Source: Azolla caroliniana (taxonomy: Eukaryota > Plantae > Polypodiophyta). From it: 64,000 bases of DNA. The stretch covers positions 6,944,001 through 7,008,000 of the forward strand of contig JBHGNT010000013.1 in the NCBI GenBank assembly GCA_043228905.1, written 5' to 3'. The stretch's first letter is position 1. Each line of letters begins with the position of its first letter. The notes under the pieces are model-generated. The model was not told the origin of the DNA. It was given only the letters and a program-made list of their open reading frames with translations, and ran no database searches. The translations under genes and the position numbers were made by a program. Positions 38,217 to 52,083 of this stretch are shown piece by piece.

Positions 38217-38446
38217 ATACATATATATATATATAAATCAGCAATGGATGGCTGTATTATTATTATTTTGGTTGCCTAATGTTGATGATACAAGTGGGGT
38301 GGGGGCGGGTTATTGCAAAAAAACTAACCTTAAAAATGTTATTTCTTTCTTCTCTCCATATCAATCGATCAATCAATCATCCATCACTTATATATAATAT
38401 ATGATAATTAATGCTTGCGCAATCCATGTTGTAATAAAATTGAGAT

Positions 38447-41400
38447 TTAGCCACCAACGCTAACCACTTGCGGTTGAGTCGTTGGGAGGGCTTCAGGACA
38501 GCTAGTAGCATTGTCTTGCCTGTGTGATCCAGATATAGCTCTATACATACATTTATAGACCCGTGCATTGTTTCCATTGCTACTCTTTTGCCTATAAACA
38601 GCATGGGCGGTATTATTATGGGCCCCTCTCATGTGTTTCACAATTCCTTGATTCCTTGACCTTTGCTTTCTCTTAGTAACTAGAACAAAACCATCTCCAG
38701 TGGATGAGGGGCTCTTGATGCCATTCTCAGTGGCCCCATAATCACTACTCACGTCAGAATTCTCACTTGATGCATGCCCATTTTGTGGGTTAATAATAAG
38801 TTCATGATCCCCACTGTGATGATGTTTTGACAATGATATACTATCATTGGAAGTATCTGGATTTGAATTGCTGACTTGACTAAGTTCAGCCTCGGCCTCA
38901 CTTTCATTCATGTCTGCCCATTGTTTAGAGGAAGCTTCTTCTTGTTTACCATCACGCTTGCTCACAAAATGTGACGTTTCTTGTAGGTTTACTTCACTTA
39001 AAATTGGTGCATTGGAATCATTTGATTTGGTTATCTCTCCATTGATATTTGATGATGGTGGAGGAGCGTCAAACATCACAGGTTGCCATTCTTTCCCTGG
39101 AATAAACTCTGCAGCATTTGGGTTCATAGGCTTGCTTGGGGGGCTGATCAAACCAATACCATTTCCACTCTTCTCAGAAGTGGCTCTATAGAGTTGCTTT
39201 GTTGGTCGAGATCTCTGATTAAGGTACCGCGCATTAAAGCTTGATGACATTGTAAGGCGTGGTGGCTTTCGGAGGGGTAAGAACATTCTTGTGTTTGTTT
39301 GAGCTTGTGATAGGATTAATGGATGGGTTGTTTCATCATCGGTGAATATAAGGCCATTTCTTTCTGTGGGGTTGTATGGGGGAGCAGCAGGAGAGAGCTT
39401 TGTTGGTTCCCATGCATTGCTAGTTACCTTTTCCTCTTCCGATGTTGGTTGACTTTTATCTTCATCATCATGGATCTTTGTGGTTCTATTTGTTGCACTA
39501 TCGAAAGATTCGCTTTCTAACATGTTGGCATCTCCTTCCAGGCCACAAGAAGGTTGTGATGCTTCTACCATGATCCTATCTTCTGAACTCCGAACATTAT
39601 TATCACATTTAATGTTTACGTTGCTATCAATATCATCTTGCTTTCCACTGATAGGCTTCACCACATCGCTTTTTTCAGATAGCTCACTTGCTCTTGTACT
39701 TTGATTCTGATGGACATGTGACTTCTGGTTGCTATCTACCTTTTCCTGTTCTTTAAGTATATCTTCTGATGCAATGGTTGTTTTTTCCACATCTAAGTTT
39801 GCTTGTGCAAGTGAAGGCTTAATGATGTTACACTTGCCAGGAGGAGCTAAAGCTACTTCTTTATATGATGGTGATGCTCTAGGAGAGGCTGTTACAAAAG
39901 GTTGGGTGACTTGTGATGGAGCAGATGGAACTGTAATACAAGTCTTTGATGGAGTTGAGGCAACTTCATTCAGCTTTTCATCAGGCTCAGAAGAGCCTCT
40001 TGTAGAAGGGTTATCTATAGACGCTGCAAAAGACCCAGGTTGTTTGATGTTACCTTGAGGGCTGCATAGAGGAGATGATGGACAATCTGGCTTAGTATTA
40101 ACTGAAGTTCTCAAAAGCCTTTTAGGCATACTGGTATTAGAATCAGCAAAGCCTCTATGAGTTGTAACCAAGTGATTGACTACAGTCTTCCTCTTGGCAG
40201 ATCCAGTAAAATTGTTAGCATTGCTGCCTCTAAATCTAAGGCTTTCTCTTGAGGGTCTTGATCCTCTGTTACTGGTAGTATTAGCTAGAGATCTATAATG
40301 GCCATATCTTCTTGCAGCTGCTGCCATGGAGTTCCTTCCTCTCGAGACGGCTTCTTGCCAACCTTCACTATCATCAGAAGCAAGGTTTGCATCAGATGAA
40401 TCCAATAAGATGTCTCCTAGTTTTGATACAGCCTCTGCATCACTTGTAACCCCATGTGTGGATATGGAGATTAACTCTAGTTTGGGACTAGAGGACATAT
40501 TCTCTTCATCAGAGGTTGATTGCTCAACTTGGATTTTGTCTGAGTCATTTGGACCATTCTCGGGTTTTTCTTCAGCACTTTGGAGGACCTTAGGCTTTGT
40601 TCCAAAGTCTAGTTCTTGCTCCCTTTTGCTTTCGATTGGACTGGTGGGGGAAAGACATTCCCATTGAGAATTATGGCATCCTTTTCCTTTTGACTGCATT
40701 AAGGTCAGAGAGGAAGCATACAAAAACCTCGGGTTAATGATTTGTCCTTTTTTATGAGATACAAGGAAAACAGAAATTTTAAATTTATACCTTGGTTCGA
40801 CGTGCTTTTTTCTTTATTTCTGATTCTTTTGATCTCTCTTCCTCGCAAGTGTTGATGAAATCAAGGAGATCTGACACACTAGAGAGAGAGCAAAGAAATT
40901 CTCATCAATATCAACGTTTTGAACACATTACCTAATGCCATGAGCACTCTATATATCTTACCTAAGGTGTCCTTTGCTTGCAATAGAAGCATCTGGTTTC
41001 GGAGTACCATTACGAGCAGCTTCTTGTTGTTCCATTGCCTTTGATTCAAAATATTCCAGCCATGCAGCTGCATCCTGTTTTTGAGTACAAGAAGCATATG
41101 TTAACATTACATCCCAAGGCTGGCTATGAACCCATAGAGTTTCTTATACATAGTCAAAATGTACCTGAGTGCGAAGATCATCAGAACCGAGTTTAGCTTG
41201 CAATATCTGAAGAGTTGTTTGCTCATGTTGAACACTCAATGTGTAGGCTTCCATAAGAGATAATGCAATAGCTATTGCATGATAGCTTGCAGCAGTCTGG
41301 TAAGTTGAAGCATTTGGTATGTTTATAATATACATGCATGAACTTAAAATAATCAATGTGAACTGAAAAGCATGTACTTACTATCATTTGTTTGCACTCA

Positions 41401-44400
41401 TACCTGTATATGATCCGCTCCCAGCAATCTTTGATTGCATTTTAAAGCTTCATGTAAATAGCGGAGAGCGATATGAACATTTCCAAGCCCTTCCTCCATC
41501 ATGGCAACATTAATGTATGTTGCAGCCGTGTTGGGATGAGAGGGACCACATGTCAGATGCAATAAGTATAGTGCACGGTTTACATACCTGAATAAGAGAA
41601 GAAGGAACATTGAGTACACAAAGATACTATTCTTAACATAATCTTCTTTTCATGTTGAATTACGAGAATGGAAAACATGAATCCATACTTCAACGCAAGT
41701 TCAGTATGTTGAAGCCTATAGTAGAAAACTGCAAGGTCTCCATAACTTTTCATAGTATCTGGATGGTCTAATCCAAGCTCACGTTCATTGATGTCCAATG
41801 CCTTCTGCTGGTAGACTGTAGCCTGAAAGCATTATATTGACATGATAAGTAAGATGTTTAAAAGAACCAAATTTCCTTGAAGTACATTGTTCATAAACGT
41901 CTCAAACATGTGAAGAGAACGACAATGTGAAACGTGAGCTAACCTGATTGAAATCTCCAGTATGATATAGAACAACGGCCAGGAGGCTGTAAGCACCAGC
42001 CGTCATGCGATGATAAGGTCCACATACGGCAACAAGCTTTGCTAGAGCCTGCCAAAGGACGACGGAAATTTCCAACTTCATAAACAGAAAAAGAATATCA
42101 ACTTTAGATTATATATATCCCTAGCTGAATATATTTGAACCTTTGTGCCGTAAGTGACAGCATCTTCTAATTTCCCCTTATCGAGTGCAGTCTTTGAGGA
42201 TTCAAGCAGTGTTCGACCGTCAGCTGAAGAGCAAGCCACTTGCTAAAAGAGAATAGCAACAGCCACAACATGTAATAATTTAGAGCATGCTCATTGCGTT
42301 TACAACCCCATGTTGGGCAAGAGCCCAATCCCCCTCATGTTTCCTCCCTACAACGGCCATCAATCATGCTTTGCTTATTACCTTATATACAGGCACCATG
42401 CTCACAATGTCAAATTTCTTGAATGGATTTAGACTCTCCATATCATAATCACGAGGAGCAAGCTCCACACCAACCTGATAAGTGCCATGAAAACATTTCA
42501 TTTTCAAGGCAGTTAATATATTAGTTAAAATCAATAACTACAACTACTCATTAAGTTGCTACAAACCTTGTGGCATAACCCACGTAGGATGGCAAATTTC
42601 CGGATGTCAGGTTGATTCTCAAATTTCCATCCAAATCTTTTTTCCACAAACACTTGAAGCCATCTCCATATGTTGTTTGTTTCATTAATTTCACCCCCAA
42701 GCATGACATTTAACGTAACAGCAATGGAAGCTGCCAAACCAACATCGTCACGGACAGTCGTAATAACAGCACGCAACAGATGCTTGTATGCACGAGTAAC
42801 CATCTCGTGTATGCATAGTGATTGTACGTGAGGAAGCTTCTCAGCAAGTTTCACCTGTACCCCCAAAATATTGCACAGCATTAAACAACCATGTTTTCTA
42901 TGAAATATACGAATGAGAGACGACTCTACATTGTGCACTCTGTTAATACTAAGCCTGAAGGAACGATTGATGTAATGCTTCTTGGTGTTAATTGAGGAAG
43001 AATTTTAGCCATAACTGAAAAAAATGAACATTATATTTTATTGCACTGCTTACCACTCTCCCTAAAAAGCGCATTCGTAAACCACGGATATGCATAAAAT
43101 CAGTTAGTGTCCGTCCATCAACAGGGGAAAGCTCTAAAGATCCAAAATCAGCAACCTATAGCAATTTCAATAAGCCATCAGTTCAATACATTATACTTTC
43201 AGAACTTACTGCAGTGGAAGGCAATGAAGCAGGGCAGCAGGATAGAAATCCTACAAGTTTCGGCAATGCAACTTCCTCACAATACTTGTGGATACCTTCA
43301 AGGAGGTCATTTAAGGGCTGGAAGAAGAAGATACAATAGATGCAAAAGAAGTCAGTAAAAATGAACAAACATTTTGAGGAAGAATGCTACTTTGCATGTA
43401 CAGGAGTAGACCTTGGAGTGGAGACTTGTTTCTGTATCTTTGAGACGATTATAAGCAACCTTGGAAAGTAGCCTCTGGAGTTCTGCATTGCCATCATTAG
43501 TTTCAGTTGTGGTAGTTATATCGTTTTCATCGCCTTGTAGCTGACCAACTTCTGTCTGGGGCTGCTCAATGTTCATCTCTGTGACGCTCTGTTTCTCAGC
43601 ATCGGCAACTGTCAGGGTTTTCTTTTTCTCATCTTTATTTTCTTTATTACTCTCTGTTGATTTTTTTTCTGCCTTTTCTGCAGCTGCTTGGGTCTGCAAA
43701 TGTTGAACCCAGCAAGCACCAAGTTCCCATCGCACAAACATATCGTCGCCTTGATCTTCTTTCTCCAAGCCTAGTAGACTATCTTCCAAAACTCTATCCA
43801 CGAGTGCCTTGGCAGCTTCATTCTCCTCCAGATCTACTCCAGATGATTGCGAGTTTCCTGTTTGTTGTTGTATATAAGGACCCGAATGAAGAAGCGTCCG
43901 AAGGCTGTAAGTAAGACACAAAAGATGTTAGTTTAGAAGGACTACGTAGACTAATATCATATCTAGAATATTCGTGGTCCAAGGGTGATAACCTGTTAAC
44001 GTTCAATGCATTAGCACCACCATCAGGTTGGTCTTCAATGTCAATATCTGCGGGTAAAGAGGCAGCGTCTGCTTGATGATCAATGTCTTCTGATGCCTTG
44101 ACGAGCACAGTAAACCCTCGATGCCGCACAATTACAACCCCCAAGGTGGAGGTATCCTATATTTCGAAGAAAACCAAAGAAACTTTCAGATGTAACTTGA
44201 CGCCAATATTTTACAGGTTAAAAAAGATAACATAGATAAAATATCAGCATATCCCATTAACATACATGGACAGTGGTGTTTTCATCTGCAGTTATTCCCT
44301 TAAGCAAGTTTTTTGTAGGTACTGATAATTCGCTTCCATCAATCTTTACAGTAACTTTTTTGCTTGCATTGGATGCATCTCGAGTGACAACAATTTTCAA

Positions 44401-46857
44401 GTTACCGTCATTCTCCTCGTAGCTCTGAGAGTCCAATAATTGTGTGGTTTGGGATGATTTCAAAATCGACATTGCTTTAACTACAGCTACATCAACAAAC
44501 AAGCTGTGAAGAAGGAATGCCTTCTTATCACGCACTTGTCGTTCTTCGACTGTCTTGCAAGGCATATTAGCAACAACCGCAAAGTCTCTTGACCATACTC
44601 TGTTTCCATCTCTTCCTTGACCACCACCATTACCACCCCAATTCTCATCTTCTACCGGAAGAGATGGGAATATGGATGGTGAATCAGCAGCTAAAGGTGG
44701 CACTACCCATGTGTTGGAACGAAACCCATATGGTAGATTTCCAAACTGTTTCACAATTCAGTGTGAAGCAAAAACTTAATATACATATCTGCCGATTTTG
44801 TAATATTTTTCACCTCAAATCTTGAATGAGAGATCAATTTCGTTATCCTTACCTTATTTCTTTCTATGAATGCCTTCATGAGATCTGCATATGCCTGAAC
44901 CATTTATGAAGCATTTTCGTTAGTGTGAGACCATTTAATACTTAAATACCAGAAAAAGAGTTGCACGCACAAGACACATTGAGTTTCGTTATCGTTTTTT
45001 TATGCAAAAATATTGAGGCATGTTGAAATGCAGTGGGAGAACTGACATTGGAAAATGCTTTGCTCAATTTCTGGAGAAGATCAACTAGGTTTGAGCTTCG
45101 GACTAGTTGCTTCCCGACATTGTAAAATCCCTTCTTGCAAGCGATTATAGTCAGCAACTTCCCATTACAGAGTTTCACCTGTATTGCATCCAATTTATAG
45201 CAGGATAATCTTATTGGTGATCAAAATAAGATCAATTAGTTGTCGATAAAGAACTTTTAATGTCAACTTACATCAATTGCAAAAAAGTCCCCATCAGCCT
45301 TCCGTTCATCAATATTATATTTGGTGGACCGCCTAAGGACTTAAGAAAGCAAGAGAGAAGTGTATCTAATTGTTAAAAGCATAATTTTCATGCATATGTG
45401 TTTTTACATTTTTGGAAGGACTCCAGAAAAACACACAATTTTTTTTAACTCTTTGAAGTATTTTGAAATTTTTACTTACAAAGAAATGGTGAGGTCATAT
45501 GAGAGAGGGAGAAGAACTCATAAAACTGGCTGAGCCTTGAAGGAGGACACATCCCTGTCATATCTCCTCTGTCAGTGGCTTCTTTGGCTGCGGCCATTGC
45601 AGCAGCAGCCTCGGGTTTGGTAGATTTCATTGAGTCAAGCTTCACCGAATCTTCAGACGTCTTATTTGTATCATCAAGTGCTATTTCTTCAACAATGTTA
45701 TGTTCTGGACCTGATTCAGGGTTTTCTTTGAGGGTTTTAGCACAACAGCTGGTGCTATCCATTAGTTCACTGGAGGGGTTTCTATCTTCACAAATAGACG
45801 TAGTCAGTCTAGCAGTAGTAGCATCACTTGATTTTACATTAGAGCCTCTCTTGTGAGGATTGTTATTCTTCACAGTTAACGTATCCGTAGAACCTTTTCC
45901 AGAAGGGCCAAAAGAATTTGTGCATGCTATGATATCCAATAACCTTCGGATGTGCAAGATTGCTTGTCCCTCTGAATACTCATCTGTCGCAAAATAGTTG
46001 TAGAAAAAGGAGTTACATCACAACATATAAAGAAATAAGGAATAAAAGCCAACATAGACAACTCAAAGCTTAGAATTTCACCTTCAACTATCCTCAACAC
46101 ACACGGCTTTAACATTGTAACTTCTAAAGCATCACGAAGGTTATCACCCCGAACCTATGAGAAAACACATTATCAGTTAAGTTGCAGTGTATACAAAGTA
46201 GACGTATACTGAATGCATGAGGATTGATTATATAAACCATCTAAGTTCGAAGCGCTTTTAATGTCTTAAATGTCCCACAATGAACATACATTGAATATCC
46301 TTCTAGGCAATCTTAAGAATTTCACACATTAGTAAAACAAGATAGTGCGCGCAGAGTCCAGAGATACGGATGCCAGTAAAGCGACTTGTAGGATTTTTTA
46401 CCTCATGTGAAAGAGAATAGTTTGTGAAATGACAAGTCTCAACATGGACACACAAAAGCTTTCTAACATCGAGAATACGATCTGTTGAAATCCCCTGCAA
46501 AGCATGACCATGAAGAGCTTGAGGATACAAAAGCCTCTACAATGTAGAAAGACTAACCATGTGTTTTTTTGGCAAACACAATAGCGAAAGTAAGAAGCAT
46601 ATGTATATATTACCTTCAAGATGATTTGATTCCCAAACGGAGTAATGACAGTGATATCCAAAACAACCGGAAGAACTGGCATTTATGTACAAGAAAGCCC
46701 CGATTAGTGATGATAAATAAATAAATAAAACCCAAAAGATATGCATGTATTGACAACGAATTCAGAGAAGCTAGCAGAAGAGTCTACTTTTTTCTTCTTT
46801 CTTCTTCTTTTCTCCTTTGGGTTTGTGGGTTTTCACTTTGCTGGGGCGAGGTGCCAT
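38447..46857 (-). CDS. REC: CLU-domain/TPR protein, REDUCED CHLOROPLAST COVERAGE / TSS-like, about 23 exons
   Basis: Exon 1 46857-46788 [23 protein letters not shown]; exon 2 46675-46614; [14 protein letters not shown]; [13 protein letters not shown]; [15 protein letters not shown]; [13 protein letters not shown]; [12 protein letters not shown]; [26 protein letters not shown] and [16 protein letters not shown]; large last exon 40693-38447. GT-AG boundaries at the junctions checked. Confidence 0.95.
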
Positions 46858-47223
46858 GACACACCAGAAAAGTTTGGAATAGTTTTGATCAGACTAAATG
46901 TGGTGGGAGTCCTTTTTAAATGATCCCTCCAAGCTTACTATTAATAGACCATTGATTGGTGTTATGCTGTTAGCTAAGAAAACCCACAGAAAGAAGAAGA
47001 GGAAGAAGAAGAAGAAGAGGAAGAGGACTTGAAGAGGAAGAGGAAGGAAAGAAAGCTTGGCTATGATAAGCAGCAAGGCAATGAATGTGAGTGGGCAAAA
47101 GAAGAATGAGATGGGTTAGAGATATGGTTGGTTAAAAAAATATGGGATCACTTGGTGTTTGAAGGAGCCAAGAAAGATGTCATGTGAAGATAAGGTTATC
47201 ATCTTCACATGACAAGAGTGAGC

Positions 47224-47227
<4 letters not shown>

Positions 47228-47268
<41 letters not shown>

Positions 47269-47565
47269 GAGAAGAAAGAGGACAGCAGAGAGGGAGGGAG
47301 GGATTGGGGTGGCTTTGAAAAGAGAGCAGAGCATGTATGTAATGTAATTGTATGTATGTAATTGTATGTATGTATGCTGTCTGTCTGTCTGTGGTCGAAG
47401 GGGGAGGGGGAGGGAGACGGAGAGATGGATGGATGGATGGATGGATGGATGGAGTGGTTTGTGTGGATGAGTTAGAGCTCTCTATCCACAACATTCCTTC
47501 AAAACCCAAAGAAACCAACCACACACACACACACACACAGTGTCTCTTGTGTGTGTGTGTGTGTG
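47228..47565. repeat. Microsatellite cluster upstream of REC: (CT)n, (GGAT)n, (CA)n/(TG)n
   Basis: Seen directly. Confidence 0.9.
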
Positions 47566-49091
47566 TTGTACCCAATTCATACATAAATATGAGAGTATAG
47601 TATGCATATCTTGCTATGCTATGTATGTACATGTACATACGTGTGTAGCATGGAGAGAGAATAAATAAATATGTATATAGGTGATTTAATTTGATGAATT
47701 ACCATTTTCTGTGGGTGTGTGTGTGGGGGGGGGTATATTCCGTCGATACCTTTTTTTTAGGGGAGGGGGCAAGGCCGTATGAATGGAATCTTGCTTCAGC
47801 AGTTCCAATCAATTGGAGCCTGGCACGTGGCAAGATAACACCCCCTCCCTTTCCTCCTATTTTATCCACGCCTCCCCTCGGCCACCCAAAAATAAAAATC
47901 CCAAAAACAAAAAACAAAGATAAACCCCCACCCCCAACGTTGCCTGCTTACTTGCTTGCTTCCTTGCTTGCTGGGAATGCAACAACAATAATTATGGATG
48001 GATAATATGTACATTCTTCTCCCCCTCCCACCCATGCCAAAAGCTCTTTCTCTCTCTCTCTTGAACTGTATATACGTATTCAAGAGAGAGAGAGAGAGAG
48101 AGCTTTTAAGTTTTGGCAAATACATGAAAACGAGGTCCCGATTACATATTAAATGGAGAGAAGTCTCATTTCATCTTGTGTATTTGAGGGATTTTGCATG
48201 TTTAGGTTGGCAAGGATTCTCAATTGGAAAAGGCTCTATTTTTTGACATTTGGGCTATCCATTAGGAGTAAATATTACAAACGCCCAATTAATTTAATGG
48301 ATAGCTAGCAAAATTTTTCATGTCTCAGAAAGTCACAATCTTGCTCATTTCATGTACGCATTAAAGTTGTACAAACTATATTTTGTGTCATTATTACCAT
48401 GGACCAAGAAGGCATGGCATTCCGGTTTGCAACTTGTTCGATATTTGTTGTGGAGAAAGAAGGATAATATGACCATCTCATGAATCGCTTGGAACCATCT
48501 TGCAATCCCTAAACAGTTATGGGAAGATGCAATAAAGGACTTATCTATACAAATGATCACTTGTAGATTTTCATTATTGCATGCCATGTGTACATGTTTG
48601 TTATTGCAAAACACATGTATGCACTTACAACCATGAATATCTATTGTCGTGCATGGGAGGACAACAATCAAGGTATCTTGCTGACAATTACATTATGGAA
48701 GTATTCAAATTAAGAATCCCTCATTCCTCATGTGCTTGCAAGTATCTCTCTCTCTCTCTCCAAAAATATGAGGATTCTCATGGCATTTACCATATCTAGA
48801 ACATCATGTTGAAACTATATAGTCCCATGTGATAAAGGCCAATGCAAATGACGGGCACGATGCCGTGCCAATCTAATAATCCCTACTTCCTCTTGTGACA
48901 ACGTTCTTGAAGTTTCCAACAAGGAAAATGGCCATAATAGTGTGCCTTTAAATTGTTGAATGTTGTCTTTGAACCTTGTATTGGGCATAAAAATAAAGGC
49001 ATTCTAAATACACCAATTATGCCATAATTCCCAATGCTTTAGTTACTAAACGTTTATCTCAAATGTGGAGAAGGCATTCTCTACTGCAAAT

Positions 49092-49134
<43 letters not shown>

Positions 49135-50940
49135 TCTATCCCACACGTTCATTGTGCACATGTGTAGCAGTTTCTTAAGTGATCATAGTTCGATAGGAAG
49201 TTGAGGCTATTCCTTGGTAGTGAATGAATAGTCATCTTTCCCAACCAAAATCTTTGAATATAAACTTGAAACTTATTGCCTATTTATATTCATTCATTCT
49301 GATTGTAAGCCTATGATCCACCCATTTTATATAGGGCTTCTCGATCAAAATATGTTGCTACAAACTGTTTGAAGAACACATGTGGTAGCAAGTCAACAAG
49401 TCTAGGGCGCATCCATTTCCATTTTTGGACAAAGAAATCTCTAGCAAGTGACCTAAGTTTTTCTCTAGTTTTAGCCAATAAATATTGTATAACATCTTGT
49501 TTTGTGACTTATTACTAACTACAAATACTTCTCTCTATATAATAAAACAAAATAAAAGCTTGACTCATGACGCACCAAATGCGCATGTCAACACATTTCA
49601 TGATGCTCATAACCAACAAGATGTTGAGTTTATTGCATATCGTGCTTCTTGTAGTGTAGCATAACTAGAGTTGTCTACTTGGGCTCCTAGCCCTAATATG
49701 TATAGCCATCTCAGTAGTTCCCTAGAAAAAGCAACTCATTCTTACATATATTCATTTTACGAGAAAATGCTCATTGTCCTTTCCTTTACAATGTAATGCA
49801 CAAGTATAATTTGAAACCTTGATCCATGCCAATCCCTCTCTAGATGTTATTTCTTGTCATGGCAACTAGAAGTTATTTCTAGACTTCTTTTTAGGACATT
49901 CCTTCAAAAAGGAAAGGGAATGAAAACTTGTATTGTGACAAGTACTCAAACAAACTAAAAGTTTAAATTTACAAAGCCGACGCCACACATCTTGTCATAT
50001 TTACATGGAATTATGTCAAAAATAAATTGAGTTTTCTAAAAGATTATATGAGTTTTGAGGTTGCAAGTCCTACATTTGGCATAAGGCTTGGTTAATTTGT
50101 GCATATGTATTTTAAAGATTTTTATTTATTTTGTGGGTTGAATAAAACTATTCATACACAATTTTTATAGCAAATAACTTTGTGTTGCTAAACATGGATC
50201 CTTTGTTACTAATCCCTAGGAGCACGGGTCAGATACTCAATCACTGAGTAAAGTTCACCAAAGATCATGGTAGGAGTGATGGCAAAGTTACAGGATCACA
50301 AGAATAGATTAGTAATAGCTAGATTGGATTATAGTCCCTGAGAGAATAGGGTTCGCCCGATCTTCACATGGTCCGACCCAAACTAACAACTTCACAGTCC
50401 GAATCAGACACTAATAGCGGTCAGGATTAGCTACACCACCGATCGGTTTATCACATAAAATTGCTCACAAGTAACTACACAATATAAGGAGCGGAAAAGA
50501 TCGTGACGCCGGGTCAGATGACGAATTCGACTTCGGATCAGCTGAAGAAGCCGAGGGCGGATCCACGGAAGAGTCCAAAAGTGGACATAAGCCAAAGCCA
50601 ACCAAGCATGGGGGAGATGACGTCGTCAAGGGCGAGAAGACTGAAGACGAGTTGGAGACAACCAACTCGGACGAGAGCAAAAACCGATCGGAGGTAGTCG
50701 AGTCGGTTCGGATGTTTGATTCGAATAGAATCAACCGAGGGTCAAGCGGAAAAGAACGCACCAGGAGAAGCGCCAACATCGCGACAGCAAGGGAGTTGTG
50801 AAGGGCCGTGGGAGCAGACAAGCCGACCGAAAGGGTTGAAGCGCGCAGAGTCGAACAAGCCGAGGAGCGTGAGCGAGGCGTGGAGCCAGGAGGAACTGGA
50901 GCGGTGATCCGGGAGATCCCGAAGAGCCTCAAGTTGACCT

Positions 50941-51386
50941 TGAGGGGGAGTGTTGAGAGACAAGCTCAACATCAGCCGGATCGGCTGAGCAAGCTGAGAA
51001 CCGGATTGGTTGGGACCGATCGGTTAGGTCGGATCGGTACCGGTACGCAGACTGGTGCGTAGGAAGGCCGGATCGGTGCAGAAACCGGGAGGCCATCGGA
51101 AAGATATTCCGCAAGGAATATATTTGGGAGTTAGTGTATGGGCTCCGTAATGAGCATTGAAGTACTGTCAATACTTCTGTCAATCCGAAAAGGACTTGTA
51201 TAAAAGTGTTCATTGAACACACACGATGTACAGATCGAGTATTATTTTTGAATTAAGTTCTTGTGTTTACTCTCTCTCTGTCTCTCCCGTGCGTATTGTG
51301 CAAACCTAAGCTTTCCATTAAACCTGTGTTTTCGGTTGTTCGGTTTCCTATATTGCTTCCGCACACCATTCTTTTCAATATGGTAT
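50941..51386 (+). mobile_element. Copia-type PPT, LTR J (50951 to about 51380) and truncated PBS
   Basis: tgagggggag|tgttgagagacaagctcaac resembles the F/G PPT-LTR junction. Ends ttcaata|tggtat. Confidence 0.6.
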
Positions 51387-51696
51387 TGTTAGCAAACAAG
51401 TAAGGCGATACCACCTCATTAACAGACAAGTTATTACAATGTACATGCCCCTTTTTATAGGCAAGCATGTGAGATTACAGAAGCCGTCGTTCCGGATCGG
51501 CATGTCTATTCAAACACTAATCCTAATCGACATATCTATTCGCAATACAACTATTCGTATTATAAAATCATTACAAATATTATAATTCCTAAATTCACTT
51601 AGTTTTATGTATTTATCCGCTTCGTCCAAATCGGCTTCGGATCTTTCACACCATTCCTCTAGCCCGTCCACTTGGCAGCATCCTGAGGGTAACACA

Positions 51697-51738
51697 TGGT
51701 ACGCTCATGGGACAGTGCCTTGCGTGGTGAACCCACAA
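51697..51738 (-). promoter_or_regulatory. tRNA-Arg 3'-half-like motif at the PPT position of K
   Basis: Minus strand ttgtgggttcac-cacgcaaggcact-gtcccatgagcgtacca, then tg, then the LTR. Aligns without gaps to the B and E motifs. Confidence 0.78.
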
Positions 51739-52083
51739 AATGAGCCTTAGTTCTCCTCCAAAATTTGTGTCATACTTGGCTTTGGTTCCTTGTCTCCCAT
51801 GTTCGCTTCGACTTCTGTTGGTTTCCTAACTTGAGTTGGTTGCTTCTCAACGTTTTCGTCCAGTGCTTTTGACTACGACTGCTTCGTTATTCTACTAATG
51901 AATTGTGGCACTTGCTCCACTATTTCCACGAATTTGTCCTCTAGCTCCTGTCGTGGCATGTGGGTTGTCTCCATCTGTATTGTTTCCTCATTGTTCTGCC
52001 CCTATTCTAGAGGTTCCGGCTCAACAATCTTGTCTTGTTGTTCCTCACTTTCCACGTTGTCGTCACGATTTTCGGCTACATTG

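Noticed and set aside
47180-48799. ORFs upstream of REC
   Set aside because: Derived from microsatellites and low-complexity sequence.
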